NCBI GenBank assembly: GCA_965285935.1
Contig: OZ260662.1
Span: 99,138,001-99,202,000 of the forward strand
Reading direction: 5' to 3'
Length of the DNA: 64,000 nucleotides
DNA from: Ophelia neglecta
Taxonomy: Eukaryota
Position numbers and translations under genes: made by a program. Of the stretch, positions 1 through 12,819 are shown piece after piece. Numbering within the stretch: position 1 is the stretch's first letter; every line of letters begins with the position of its first letter. Below the pieces are notes generated by a model. The model was not told where the DNA came from. It saw only the letters and a program-made list of their open reading frames with translations, and did no database searches.

Positions 1-10
1 GCAATCTGTA

Positions 11-174
11 TTATTTATCAACTTGTAACTTATTTCTTGCCAACACTTTACATAGCCCATTATGACACTTGTCGCAAGATATATTATTAACAGGGCATGT
101 GCAATAAAAGCCTTCGAATGTGTCAATGCAAGTTCCTCCATTCAAACATATCATACTGATACAAGCAATAATTT
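11..174 (-). CDS. Gene A EGF-like exon reading through to a stop
   Basis: Phase-1 acceptor; [29 protein letters not shown] resembles gene C exon 51751-51864; no GT at the expected donor, TAA at 11-13. Confidence 0.6.
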
Positions 175-3100
175 CTGTAAATAATGATAGACAATCAATG
201 AAACAAAAAGTAACTTTTAGAGGATAGTGAGCTTTAACACCCCACTATTAGCGTGATTTTAAGGAGTTGTATACGTGTGTACCGTCACGCTTGTAATAAG
301 TGTAAAAACTGTGTTTTTACGGATGAAAGACTTAATGAATGAAATAAAACTGGGTGAAACAGTTATATTGTTAAATAACTAATATTTATTCCAATTCTAC
401 GTGCTTTTCAATGGTATCTGATAACTTCATGATGTCCTGCGTCGGTTATCAAGGTTTTAGATTATAACAAAATATAAGTATGTTCAGAGATGACGTTGCT
501 TGGATCAATGTTACGAAGGCAGGGGTCAGGCGGTGCACCCGGGATACTACTCGTGTTTGACCTTAATGAGGCACAGTGTACAAAACGAGTAGGGGGTGGA
601 GCATACCGGCGTGTACATGCGACAGCCATTGTGGACGTTACATACGGCAATCGCAGGTATTTTGTAATTGTGATTAATACAATAGACTTGCATCATGACT
701 CAAACTAAGCTGCCTTCCCCGTTTGGGTCATCTAAAACGGCTGTCCTAGTAGACGGCGGATATCACCTGTGGAATATGCCCAAGTGCCACTTTATGTTTT
801 ACCACGCTCCATTTCCAAACACCAGACGATTACAAAGCAATCGACAGTTTCAATTATAAGTGGTTTTAACAAGCTGCAGAGGTGTTCGAAATCACGTATG
901 AGGGACCGACAGCATATCCGAGATGTATTAATATGTTAATACTAGTGAATATGAATATTTTTCATCAATTTGCAAGTTATTCCATTCTGGTTGCCATGCC
1001 AACGAGCACCTTGTAACTAGTCTAAGAGTGTTTTTATTAAGACGAACTAGAAACCTATTTTTTTAGCTTTTTAAATTATTATTTTGTAAATTCGTTAATC
1101 AATAAAACGATCCAACCATTGTTATCACAAAGCTTTATAAGGCTAAGCTAGGCAAGACTTAAACCGAGCTTCATTTTTAAGAAGTTTTACAAATTTGATT
1201 TGTAACTGTTAAGACTAAACTTAAAAATATAAAAGTAAGAAGACACGTAGTCTATTGAAACATGCTGCTATTTGTCTTTTTCTCTTTCAAATAACGTATC
1301 ATAGCTATTCAGTAACTAACTAGTTTCACAAAATGTGCAATGAAGCTTTTGGTACAATTACCGTATAATACTGTCATAGATTAATTTGTACTAAAGTGTG
1401 TTCATTCCTTAATATAACGTAAATAGACTCACCTCCCAATGTAGTGGTTTGAGTTGATGCTGGTGTAGGATTTGATGATATAGTTGTAGTACCAGGAGTT
1501 GGTGTTGGCGGTGTAGGGGAAGGAGTTGGTGTTGGCGGTGTAGGGGTAGGAGTTGGTGCTGGTGGTGTAGGGGTAGGAGTTGTTGTTGGTAGTGTAGGGG
1601 TAGGAGTTGGTGTTGGCGGTGTAGGGGTAGGAGTTGGTGCTGGTGGTGTAGGGGTAGGAGTTGTTGTTGGTGGTGTAGGGGTAGAAGTTAGTGATGGTGT
1701 AGGAGTTGATTGTATAGGTGTAGTGCCAGGAGTTTGTGTTGGCGGGGTAGGGGCAGGAGTTGGTGTTGTCGGTGTAGGTGTAGGAGTTGGTGGTGTAGGG
1801 GTAGGAGTTGTTGGTGGTGTAGGGGTAGGAGTTGGTGCTGGTGAAGGAGTTAATGGTATAGGTGTAGTGCCAGGAGTTGGTGTTGGCGGTGTAGGGGTAG
1901 GAGTTGGTGCTGGTGGTGTAGGGGTAGGAGTTGTTATTGGTGGCGTAGGGGTGGGAGTTAGTGATGGTGTAGGAGTTGATTGTATAGGTGTAGTGCCAGG
2001 AGTTTGTGTTGGCGGTGTAGGGGCAGGAGTTGGTGTTGTCGGTGTAGGTGTAGAAGTTGTTTGTATAGGTGTAGGGGTAGGAGTTGGTGTTGGTGCAGGA
2101 GTTGATGGTGTTGGTGTAGGGGTAGGAGTTGGTGTTGGCGGTTTAGGGGCAGAAGTTGATGTAGGAGTTGCTGGTGTGGTTGTAGGGGTAGGAGTTGGTG
2201 TAGTAGTTGATGGTATAGGCTTACTACCGGGTGTCGGTGTTGACGTTGTAGGGGTAGAAGTTGGTGCTTGTGTGGAAGAATTAGATGGTATAGGTGTAGT
2301 GGTCGTCGTGGGTCTAGGACCTTCCAGCATGACTTGCTCCGTATTAACGCAGCCGCCCAATTCCTGATGCGCAAACCCCGACTGTAAGCTGTCTCGAACA
2401 TTAACAACGCATCTCTCAACAAAAGGCAAGTCTTGCTTCTCTCGAACAGTGAGTATATAGGTAATGCGGAATCTGATGATAATGCTGCCTTGGCTGGAAT
2501 TGAAAACAGATCTTTAAGATTTTTATAATTGGTGCAGATAATTTTTTATACATTTAAACGGTATATAAATAACATTATGATTGATGATTAGCATGAACTT
2601 TCGTACCTGAATCTGATCACCTCGCATCCCCCGTAATCAAAAGTAGTACCTGACATCAATGTGACATCAATCTGAATATCATCAGCAATACAAAATGCTA
2701 TACTGGCATGTTAAAATCAAGTTTTCGTTTCACAAAGGCGTTTGACAAGGATTCGCATAAATGTGAGTTTCTTAAACAACACAGGTCAGAAACAACCGGA
2801 GCCGTTTGTCGTGGGTTAGTGATTGCCTAACTGATCGGTGGCAGCGGCGGATCTTTACTGGCGAGAGTCTTCTTATAAACACATTCCAGCAGGAGTTTCA
2901 TATGGTTCTATTCTTGTACGTCTCTAATATTTGGTCAATTTTAATGACATTGTTGGAGATATGTCCAGCAACATTCACCTATTTACCTCATTTTATCGCT
3001 CGTTTATCGTTTCCTGAGTTGTCAGCAATTGTGAACAACTCAATTATTTAGTCGAGTCCCGTCCCCGATACCTCTTCTATGGTAACACAAGATTACGTTT

Positions 3101-6100
3101 GAGATTGTCGGTATCATTACCTATGATGTGCATTAATTATTTACTAGAAATTTACACTATATTGTTGTCGTAAACCGTGTATGCTTAATTGTTTTACCGA
3201 TATTCGTTATGTAGCTGCTGTTCACTTCACCGGATTTTAGGCTCAACCTTATAGGTGACAATATCTTTGCTCATTTTTGCTCATCTTAGATTGACACAAA
3301 TTTTTATTATGGAGTCTTCAATTTCAATTTAATATTTATGACACCTTAAAACCTGAAAAACTAATTGTTAAATTGCCTATTTAATTCTCATTGGATTGCA
3401 TCTACGCTTGGTGCTGTTGGGTCGGCGTCTGTCATGCTTCATCTGCATTTGATGGGGCATGGCGGGCTTCGGTCTGGAGAGGCGGCGATGTGATCATATA
3501 TACATGCTGATGCCTGTGTTGATATTCGCGCTCACGCATATGACTATGTGTGCGTTGGGATTTTTGCGCGGGTGTGTGTGTATTTAGGTCTTTGAACAAA
3601 TACATGGCCTCGGCTAATTAATACTTCAGGCCGCCTGTCATCCTACCACTTCATCTCGTCCATTACATGCTGTTTTACCTAAAAGTCCGTATGTTGATAT
3701 GTTGGAACTAACCGTTTATAAGACGTAGGCTTTTGTAAGATCCAATATAGGAAAAATGAATAGGTTTAAACCAATCTGTGATATAAGGCTATCAATGAAC
3801 TTGAAAATCCTGGTATGTTTATGTACGTGGTTTCTTAACACAGGTTATTCTACATTGAAGTTTTGTATTATGTTGTTCATAGGAGTGTTCTTAATTGAGA
3901 GATGAGTTTCGTACTTTAAGGCAGGTATCAGTGTAGTTATACATTATGGATAAGATATACGTTTACCTCTTTGCAAAACCTTTCCTGGAGACTTCTGAAT
4001 TCGGCTGATTTCAAATTCTTGTATTGATTAAGAAATGGTTCACCAGAGCATTTCATTTCTCCGACCACTGTGAGAAAGTGAATAGTTCTATTTACGTTAC
4101 TATTGATAACGTAGTTATAGATAGAAAAGTTCAAACTCAGCGCTATCTAGTAAGGGAGGTTATAAGAATCTTCTGTAATTATTTTGCTTGGTACAATAGC
4201 TCTCTTTTAACTATGGTATACTGTCAAACGGTACTGAATTATCCATACAAAACCTAAACCTCGATGAAGGGGAAAACTATTGCCACAATATGTTTACCAA
4301 CACATCTCCTCACGTCTCTTTTACGCCATTCATTATACAAAAGGGACAGGAAACCAAACGTTCAGACTGTAAAACCTATACCTTAATTGGATCAATTTTG
4401 ATTGTCACGAAAGGCAGAGTTTGCTCTCCATAAAATTTCTCTTTAAGACCCTCTGTTTTACACATCACCATACCGTTTTCCCAGACCGCCGACTTTGACA
4501 AGGATTTTAGACATAGAGGAAACATCGTAACCTTGTGGTGCCTGTCTCGTTGATCATCAAGTCAAGGTGTGATACGTATGTGGACTACAAATTCGGGCAT
4601 TACTTCCAGACTATTTATTCACCATTAGTGCAAACGCCATGCATGGATTGGAGAGACGGAGTTTCCCACGTTGTCACATGACAGACAATTCCAGGCACAA
4701 TCCCCACATTTTGGCAATTGTGCGATGTTAAGAATTGAAATACTCACGATTTATGGCAGTCTTTTCCTCTGAAATAAAAATAAACATCGATATCAGGAAT
4801 ATTGGTGAATGAAAATTTTTCACGTTATAGGCATTGGCAAGCAGGTCTTAATTGTTGATAATTTATATAAATCTCCATCAATGTCTATAAGCTGACATCA
4901 ATTAACCGACCTCTGAAACGTAGCTGCCAAAGAAGCACCCCGAAAACCACCGATGACAGCACGACAATGATGATGAGTGACAGGCATAGTCCTTTTGGCG
5001 TAAAACACGTCCGTGGTATTCTTTTGCTTGTACTGTGATCATCGCGCCAGGACACACCTGGAGGTAACCGCTGTGACTGCGGGCCCAAGGTTGGCAAGTA
5101 GTAGTCAGGCTTGTTTGGTTGGTAGGCGGGGGTAAAAGCAGGCCTCATTAGGTACTGTGGAGGTGCACGCTTAACACCCACATCATCTTTCTGAAGCAAA
5201 GTATTGTCATACAGCAATTTTATTTTATTACCACGCATATAAAGATATAAAGTTCTCTTAAGTACAAAAATGTTATATCTGAAGGCTAGGTGATTGACGG
5301 CACGCTGTTGTCTATTGGTAATAAGTCTGGGCCTGTGCGCAATTCTCGTTTAGCCGGAAGTTTGCGGCAATTGTTACTTTATTTTGTCAGAAATTCTACA
5401 GGACACAGTGACACAGTTCCGTACAATAGACCTCTCTGGCAAAGGCAACCGAATAAGAACAATGCCGATGTGTTGTTTTCTGTATTGATTCGTATATGTT
5501 TGTTCCTTTCTTCTGCTTAGTACTCGGACCAAATTCCTCAACCTACCAAGTCGAAGGCGACACATTGAGTACCCAATACAACAAAAGGGACTCAGGGTTT
5601 AATCATTGCATTGATCAATAAGGGTGGGATTAAACGACGGAGGTGACTTCCCAGCAGTATGCACTTACATGTATCAGGGCGGGCAGACGCGGGCTTCAAA
5701 AGTCCAAACGTGTGCATAAATAGCCGTGAAATCGGAAAATTGGTAAAAAAATACTGAGTTTATTGGTGCCGGGACTAGCTTCCTCACATTCAGGCGATGA
5801 TTATATATATAATGGCCCCCTTAATCCCTATGATTTATAAAAAGAATTAGTACCGTAGACGTATTGTGAGTTATGGTTTTTAAATATGAGTAGTAACTTT
5901 AGATGGTTTTTGACGTATGGTTTATGAATATGAGTAGTTATTTAGGTGTATTGTGATATCTGATTTATCAACGACTTAATAAATTCTCATATACCTACTT
6001 GACTTTCATCGGCTTCATTCCAGCGCCACGATGGCAAAGTGTCAGATTTCAACCATAGTAGCTTTGAAGGGGGCTAAAGAAGTATGAATGAAACTCTGTT

Positions 6101-6995
6101 TAAATTATAATTATTCATTTTCCAGTTTATATCCAATAAAACCCATAAGATATATTTCGGTTGACAGCTTTAAACTAAACTAAGCACAAGACAAAAAGAA
6201 GCAACGCAAAACCAAGAAGAAGTATTATCGATAGACTTTATAGTAAGGTTAGTGTAAACCACGTGGAGACGACATACATTTTGTTCACAGATTAGTTTCA
6301 GACGATCAGGTGTATAGTTGTCCACGTCATCTTCTTACACAATACACAATATTAAAAGGCATCAACCTATTAAGAAGCACTATTTACAAATAAAGAGAAA
6401 TCCGTAGATCCGTCATCTTTATCTTAACAAACACCCACATGCACAATGGCACTGATGTTAATAAGTCATTTCCCATCCTCGTTGATATGTATACAGACGC
6501 GTTGAGTTTTGCAGTTATGTTGTTCGCCTTCATGGGACTCGCAAATTATTCCTTTCCAACTAATTAAAGACTAATTGTGCGCTTACAAATGTGATTCTGC
6601 AGTAGATTTTCACAGTTTTCTCGATATAATCGCTGCAACTTTATCGTTGTTCTGGCGTAGTGCAAGTCAGTAATATGTTCCATGGTAAATGCTTTTGAAA
6701 CACATAATATTTAAAAAAAGCTTTTACATGAATTATTACTTTAATAATTAGAAAAAAGTTAGCATAGACTTAATTGTTTTGAAGTTTAATATTGGCATTT
6801 TCCATCTTGCATCCTCTGAGGGAGACAGTGCCATTTCAGATTGGCGATGAATGGGTAGAACAAATCCTCCATAAAACATTAAATCAATGTTTTGTGTTCA
6901 TCAGTATTTTAGCATGCATTAATATCGTGAACAGTTCTTACCTCCCTGCCTTTGCCTTTCTCCCCAGAAACTCCCTTTCCTTCATCCTCAGACAT
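11..6995 (-). CDS. Gene A: type II membrane SEA-domain mucin (PPxY tail, TM, SEA, Pro/Thr mucin, one EGF), ~606 aa, multi-exon
   Basis: GT-AG exons 6942-6995, 5999-6073, 4911-5190, 4748-4768, 3967-4067, 2607-2671, 1433-2493, 11-174 total 1821 nt in frame; exon sizes 75/21/101/65 match paralog C. The 3' end is uncertain near the window edge. Confidence 0.8.
500..720. repeat. ~200-bp non-coding block also present at ~22160-22370
   Basis: Shared strings such as ccggcgtgtacatgcgaca and ctcaaactaagctgccttccc. Confidence 0.75.
1433..2493 (-). CDS. Gene A exon: SEA C-terminal half ([12 protein letters not shown]) plus Pro/Thr mucin repeat
   Basis: ttccag acceptor, G|gtgagt donor, long TPTPTPP repeat ORF. 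Confidence 0.9.
2607..2671 (-). CDS. Gene A SEA exon 2 ([21 protein letters not shown])
   Basis: 65 nt, phase 0 to 2, homologous to 28531-28595 and 58350-58414. Confidence 0.8.
2728..2990 (+). mobile_element. Degenerate CR1/L2-type LINE reverse transcriptase fragment
   Basis: Broken translation FTKAFDK..H / [12 protein letters not shown] / [15 protein letters not shown] follows the KAFD, GVPQGSILG and INDI RT motifs. Confidence 0.6.
3967..4067 (-). CDS. Gene A SEA exon 1 ([33 protein letters not shown])
   Basis: SEA N-terminal pattern; 101 nt as in B and C. Confidence 0.85.
4748..4768 (-). CDS. Gene A 21-nt microexon (EEKTAIN)
   Basis: tttcag acceptor and gtgagt donor; phase 1-1; same size in B and C. 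Confidence 0.7.
4911..5190 (-). CDS. Gene A cytoplasmic tail plus signal-anchor TM exon
   Basis: [13 protein letters not shown]...[27 protein letters not shown]; basic residues precede the hydrophobic helix. Confidence 0.85.
5999..6073 (-). CDS. Gene A exon 2 ([25 protein letters not shown])
   Basis: 75 nt, phase 0-0; aligns to C exon [25 protein letters not shown]. Confidence 0.75.
6942..6995 (-). CDS. Gene A candidate first coding exon 1a ([18 protein letters not shown])
   Basis: gagaaATG to GAG|gtaaga, 54 nt, phase 0 fits exon 2. Confidence 0.6.
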
Positions 6996-9443
6996 TTCTC
7001 ACAGTGGCATTGACCAGCAATACAACCTCAATTAAATAAAAGTTCTATCTCTTATCTGCTTATTAGCGCGCCACTTCGGGCCACGTCGAATTTAATCTCT
7101 CTATGGATATGCCTCGCAGATCAAAACGCACTGCTGGCCTTACATGTTAACTTCAAACCAGACAATATAACGTACGCAATAAACACTTTTAAGTTATTCA
7201 TGGAGCAAACATGTGCTAAAGCTTAAACTCGACATTTTAAAACTGCAAAATTAATGGTTGACAGTGAACTTATTTGAATGTAGGGACACACAACAAGTAT
7301 GGTGATACAAAAATGGTTTTAAGAAAAAGTTCATAATGTTAAGGTATTATGAGCTGGAATCATAAATACCCTTTTCACGGAGAGAAGGGAGATTGTCAGT
7401 TGACATAGCCGAGAGTCCTGAATAACAAGCACAGGGTGTGGTGGTTTAAAACCTTAGAGCACGAATCTAGGCGGTTCCTTCCATTGTCAAACACTACACA
7501 CAGATTTGTAGTCTTTCAGTCCATTCAATGGGTTTTGTGTTTGCCAGAAAATGAGTGGAATCCCCTCGATGATTACTTCCTCTTACCCAACACAGGTTAT
7601 AAAACAACCGGCTGGATCTTTATTATTGCAAGACGAAATATCAAAACTCTTGGTACTTGAAACTAAGGGACCTGCATTGGATTTCCAGGTGGATCTAGAC
7701 AAGGGGGCATTCCTTTTACCGCATTATAACGGTGGAAGTATTTTAAGTGGAAAGCCAAGCAGCAGATTAGCATGTGTATGTTACCTATCCCCCCCCCCCA
7801 CATACACACACACACACACAAACGCGCGCGCGCGCCCGCACACACACGCAATCATACGTGCCTGGATGACACGAGTTACGCATCTTTAATGAAATAACCA
7901 CGGAAGACCTTAGAGCACAAGAACTTCAATAGTGCAAAAATAAAGAGAATAGGTGCAATTTATCCACAGTGCATCGTCTATTTGTATTTAGTTTGGCATC
8001 TCTGAACAAAATAAACCAGTTGGATTTTTTTTAAAGACCAAACCAGTTTAAATATTCTTTTTTTATGGCTACTTATGACCCTCCGGTGCAAGGGATCTTA
8101 CTGATAACAGAAAACTATGTATGTAGAAAATGTAGAAAGTTGAGTGCAGAAAAAAACAGAAGAAACGTTATCTCAAATACTAGAAGTGCCATACACTCAT
8201 ACATCCTCGAAAATTCCACTGTCAAAAAACTATGAATAAAGAATCTACAATAATCGGTAAGAACCTTTGACCTCCCGGCCGCATAAATGTCATATACTGA
8301 CTAGTGTACACTGTACAGCCCGTTGCCAACAAACATGCTTTAAATGTTTACAGCGAGGCATATTTAAACCTGGAAATTGTCTATCAACAATCCGCCATTC
8401 GCCGGTGCATTCAAAAACTGTATAATATATTAGTTTTGCATATTATTTTTTTATAAACTATTTGCTCAAACCATATATTAGATGTATCAAATATTTATAG
8501 GCATAATTAACCTTAATATTTCTCGAAAGGGCGCCAACAGCGGTTTGGAAAGCTCGTCATTATTTGCACATGTACTCGCTTTTGGGAGTAATCTCGCTAA
8601 GTTGATCAAATTTGATCCGTGATATGAATCAAGTAAAGTTGGCTAAATGCTGTACTTGTCGTTGCCAGCCTAGATTTTGTGGATGAGATTTCTCCTCACT
8701 AAAACAAGCGTCGTGTTGATACGATAAGCCGTAACCCGAACAATATCGTTAAACCAGAGGAAATCCCTACGACGACTGGCCTGTTATTGTGCTTTATACG
8801 GTAAAATGAGAGGGTGGTGGGTTCTAAAAATATGTTGCATATATGTGCCCTATACTATTTTCATATCTAATGTAGTTGTTCTTCATGTTCCAAATCTTCC
8901 AATCACGACACCTAATGAACTCTGTTTAGTGTGAATCTTTGACCTGGAAAAACAGCGTGACCGTTCACCCAAAAAACAATCCTTTAAATCTTCCGTTTTA
9001 ATCAAAACCTGATAATGTTGCAAGAGTTGGTCAAATTTGTGGATGAATTTTGTGCTTTCACTTTGTGAATCTAGAAATGATTTTAATGTTTTCGCGGTTT
9101 TATCATAACCACAATATATGGCTCATTATGAGTTTGTATAAGGTTCCCAATTGTTCCATGGTGAATGGTTGGGAAATAAATTATATTCAAATTAGCGAAA
9201 ATCTGTCTGTTTGATACAGTATTGCGTTAGACTTTATAACCTTAATTTGTATACTTTCATCAAGAATATAGTCAATTATTATCTTAAAGTTTAATTTGTT
9301 TTATTTCGCACCAAACACAATGCCATTTTAGATTGACTTTGAATGGGTAGACCATCCCTTTCATAAAATCATTTAATCAATGTTTAATGTTCGTATAAAC
9401 AGAAAAATTGTACGCCCTTATAAATAAAGTTTACAGTTCTTAC

Positions 9444-9497
9444 CACCCAGCCTTGGCTTTCATCCCCAGCCTCATCTTTTCCTTTATCCACAGGCAT
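9444..9497 (-). CDS. Duplicated candidate first coding exon 1b (MPVDKGKDEAGDESQGWV)
   Basis: gagaaATG to GTG|gtaaga, also 54 nt, phase 0, inside a diverged copy (~9320-10145) of ~6830-7660. Confidence 0.5.
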
Positions 9498-11177
9498 TTC
9501 TCACCGTCGAACCTGCTAGCAATATAGCATCAATTGAATAGAAGCTGTAACTCTCTGTATTCTTTTTAGTGATTAGCTTTCAGATACAAATGTGGTAGAA
9601 TACAGTCACTCTGTGGAGGTGCCGTCCCGATCCGAAGCAAAGTACTACACCTACATATCTCATTACACATCTGGCGGGATTTATATGCAAACAGCACACT
9701 TAAAACACCCTTAAGTTATTAACGTTGCAAAATTATCTTACGGCTTATTATCAGAAATGCTAAAGCTGCTACTTAATGGTTGACAGTTAACTGATTGAAA
9801 AGAAAAAAAAAACTATTTTAATGTTAGTAAATGTGTTTGAACAAGATTTCTGTCTTTGTGACGTATTTTTAGCTGGAATTAGAAGGAATGGTCTTTTCAC
9901 GGGGAGTATGGAGTATAAATCAGTGAGTCGGCACCACAATACCAAGCACTGGGCGTGACGTTTAAACGCGACGCAGTTATTCTCTTGGGTAAACATTTGT
10001 AGTTTTTAAGTCAATTCAAGTGCTTGCCTGAAAATGTGGGGAATCCCCTCTGAGGGTTCTTCCTTTTACGTTACACATGGCATAAAAACGTTGGGTAGTT
10101 AATTGATTATTGCAAGACGGAATATAGCGACTCTTGGTACTTAATTTGATTTCCAAGTGAATAATGGTAACGGGGTAAGAGGCCTCCTGGAATACCTTCG
10201 ATTGGTTCAATACTAATACTTTACTGTTGAACGAGCGAACATGCAATTGCACTCTCGTCACGATCGTAGCTATCTGTATGTACATCTATCTGTCTATCAT
10301 AATTATACATTAGAATTGAACGAGTAAGCATTCGCTGGTAAAATCGATACGGGCGTTGTAATTAATGTATAGATCTTATCAATTAAGCTTGGTTGAAAAG
10401 GATATAACTGAATATACATCTAGTACGGCGGTTAGCAGAATATTTAAAATAGGTGTCATTTCAAGTGTCTTCCGGATATTCTTTCATCGGTATAAATGTA
10501 TTGAAAACAGAGACCAGAACATGCTTTTTTCTCAAGATATAATAAAATCACAGAGAATGTACTTTCATTACACCTTCACAGCAAACCGATAATGTACAAG
10601 TTGAGCAGTTCAATATATAGTGCGGAAATGCATTATAGACTAATCAATCCGAAAAAACTAGATTGAACGTTTCTAATGAAAAAATACAGCCAGCCAGCCG
10701 AAGACGATATTTATGTTCAAATTATAACAATGGAATTGCGTTAAATGGGTGTAGAGAGAAAAAAGAGGTTGTACGTAGGATTATATAAGAGCGATGATGA
10801 TCCTGTTAGGATGATGATACAGATTAATGGCTCTTGAAACACATCATTGATGAAATATCTGCAGCCTAGAGTATAACCGATTGTTTATCTCATTATAAGT
10901 GCTATCAATTGAAAAGTACTTGGCGTTTTTAACTCTGTGTTATAATTAATGAGCTAAGAAGTCGATGACCCCGACTGGACACCAAGGATGTGAGTTTCCT
11001 GCTTAGATAGAAAGAACTGTCTGGACTTTATTAATTTTCTATTTTTCTAAGTAACCTTCATGCAGGTGGCTCCTATCATAGCGTTCCTCGCGGAACTTAA
11101 TGGGAGTCTCCTTGACATATTAGTAGTGTACATTTACCATAAATAATGTATATATATAGTAATTACCTCCAGTATTT

Positions 11178-11178
11178 G

Positions 11179-11209
<31 letters not shown>

Positions 11210-11302
11210 CTGCCTATATCAATGTAAAAATTTGTCTAAATAAATACGATACCATACCATACCATACCATACCATATCCATACCATACCATACCATACCA
11301 TA
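11178..11302. repeat. (TTAC)n and (ACCAT)n microsatellites
   Basis: Directly visible. Confidence 0.9.
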
Positions 11303-11879
11303 AATGTTGAAAGCGGCTGCATTTTGCAATGTCAAGCGCCAGCACACATATTGCCAAAGCCTATGTCGATCAAGGGTCTTTCGAAACTAAGCCAAGCGTT
11401 AATGACGAACGAATGTTGAGTAGAACAATGAAATTCCTGGCAATCATAATAATGTTGCTCATGCAAATATTCTCTAACTTTCATTTCTAACCAGTCCATT
11501 TTTTTCCAGTCAAATTTAATGCAATGGGCTATGAGAGCCAATCTACTTTTTTTATAAGAACATTATTCAACGAGTCTGTAACACATATTGCAGATAATGT
11601 TTCTTGGCCATGGTAGAAGACTAGGGAAGTTTCCTACCTAATTCTAACACAAGGTATCGGTTTTACCCCCATAGGCATGGTAAACAAGCTGTGCTTACTG
11701 ATGGAAAACTATTTAAGAACAGCACATGTTATATCCTTTGAGGGAGGTAACACCCTTTTGACTTATGAATTCAAGAACTGATGTATTTTAGACGCGCAAT
11801 AAATATTTATCCAAAACTGCCATAAAATGCTTTATCCAGATGGGGCATACCCTTTTGAAAATGTAATGCTGTATGCACA

Positions 11880-12300
11880 CGTCGTCTTAATAATAACTGA
11901 CAGACATATGTCCATAATATCAATACCTGCTTTATATTAAAGCACATACTTGTCGATAAGCCAGACATTCCAGTACTTATTGTAAGTTACAGGAAAGGTT
12001 ATAGGTGTATAATCATTTGCCAGGTTTGATTTATCGTGAATCACAATACCTACTAGAAGTCGGTGCGTGAAGCGTGAAGAAGCCTTAGCTCTTAAACGAC
12101 GTATTATGGATTAACTCCTATCTAATGGCTACATCGCCTGAATGGAGTTCCTTTTTAACCTTTTTACCATAGAGTTAATAATCAATATTTAGAAGGCATA
12201 TAGCATGCCATTATAATGTAGAATATTCTTATAAGAAGAGTGATGGTAAGCGCGAGGACGGATGGGGTTGGTAGAGGAGTGTGTACCATCCAGGTGTTTA
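11880..12300 (-). mobile_element. Possible highly decayed LINE RT remnant
   Basis: IVIHDKSNLANDYTPITFPVTYNK resembles the IPxxK...NYRPITLxxxxxK RT motif; many stops. Confidence 0.35.
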
Positions 12301-12819
12301 TTTTCGAGGGAGACCTTACTAAAATAAATATTTTATATAAATCACATATCCTTTGGATAATTTGCTAATTTCATTATATTTCATATCTATTTCCGTCTCT
12401 TTTCTGGTGTTCTTTATTCAACTCAATTTATTTCCTGTCGGGTAGCGGGGACTGATGTATGTGGTCCTGTGGCCGGTAACTTCCGATGAGTGGTTATCTC
12501 ACAAAGTGGAAAGTACAGTTTATTCGAAAGATTATTGTAACCATGGACACTAGAAGTAGATAGTAGAATGGATAAGTAACTGGGTGCCATTTGTAATAAA
12601 TTGGCCAAATCACGTTGTAAATCCCGCAAACGAGATTTAAACGAGATTTCATTCTAGCAGAAGCCAAATTGAATCCGAAGAGAAAGCCACATAAAAAATA
12701 AGGTTATTTCGTCCTTTTGACATTTAATCCTTACAAAGTAATTCAATCAGAAATTCAAATGTGCTTTGACTTTAAAATGTGCCTTGAAGGACTAGTTAAT
12801 TATAAACTAATCAGTTATA

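Noticed and set aside
1723-2367. Long Val/Gly-rich plus-strand ORF
   Set aside because: Antisense shadow of the Pro/Thr mucin repeat
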